A DNA stretch of 36,019 bases from contig NC_068986.1 in the NCBI RefSeq assembly GCF_001194135.2, positions 27,904,679-27,940,697 on the forward strand, read 5' to 3'. The first letter of the stretch is position 1; the number at the start of each line of letters is the position of its first letter. The position numbers and the translations under genes are program-made. The notes beneath the pieces were generated by a model, which was not told where the DNA came from, did no database searches, and saw only the letters and a list, made by a program, of their open reading frames with translations. Origin of the DNA: Octopus bimaculoides (lineage: Eukaryota). Of this stretch, positions 35,516-36,019 are shown piece after piece.

Positions 35516-36019
35516 ACCAAAGTTTGAAATCATTACCATATTATTTATTCTTTGTAGTTCTTGTTGATGGTCCTATTTTACTTTATGTAAATCCTTTAAT
35601 ATATTTTTGTATTTTGCCTTTGTTATGTCCCCCTGACATATTAGGCCCTTGTGGTCAATAACAGAAGCCGTCATTGTTGATGATGTCGATTTTATTTATT
35701 TATTTTTTTTTCCTTCTTTTTTTTCCCCCCTTCTCCTCCCATCTCTCCTGTAATGGCCATTTCTATTATTGGAAGAAACCAACACCATTAGAGTGGCATT
35801 ATCTACTTGAAGCTATAAATACTTACCTGTATTGCCAGGGAAGGTAAAGAAGAAAAGCGAGCAAGAGAGAGAGAGAGAGAGATGGGGTTGGTGGGTGGGG
35901 AGAGAAAGCAAACAAGGAACCAAAAAAAAAAACTACATATAAAAAGCCCTCTACCCTTGCCACTCACTGTTACAAATATGTATATATATGTGTATATGTT
36001 TATATATATATATATATAT

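Noticed and set aside
35776-35843. Plus-strand exon following 33634
   Set aside because: The first AG after the pyrimidine tract gives a stop after 11 codons, and the in-frame AG at 35791 lacks an adjacent tract. Cannot choose without RNA data.
35819-35846. ATACTTACCTG as the 5' end of a U1 snRNA gene or pseudogene
   Set aside because: The match stops after 11 nt with no U1 body or Sm site; better read as a minus-strand donor consensus.

Overview
Repeat-dense, AT-rich eukaryotic DNA. The SINE families point to an octopus (Octopus sp.); this is recalled family resemblance, not a search result. It is a short-read draft with N gaps at 1514-1523, 12399-12511, 24538-24725, 25829-25838, 27891-28468, 29068-29077 and 34120-34180. 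No ORF in the supplied track is a credible protein; they arise from microsatellites, low-complexity tracts, SINEs or gaps. Most of the window is microsatellite plus about five interspersed families: (1) tRNA-headed CORE-type SINEs, (2) tRNA-headed Nin/Deu-type SINEs, (3) a non-autonomous RTE-derived element with a (GAT)n tail and variable double-hairpin arrays, (4) an old ~200 bp element with an (AAC)n tail, (5) a ~540 bp element with an (AAT)n tail. There is also a decayed RTE reverse-transcriptase remnant. Short plus-strand AG...GT segments, best at 33477-33634, can be chained in phase into a candidate multi-exon gene I cannot name; the chain could be partly chance. The most notable observations are the hairpin-array RTE elements, a probable locally templated insertion with a 25 bp flanking duplication, nested insertions into the SINE-internal (TA)n, SINE head/tail swapping, inverted SINE pairs beside candidate exons, a possible mutually exclusive exon pair, and a recursive-splice-site-like motif. 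I found no clearly new biological system.
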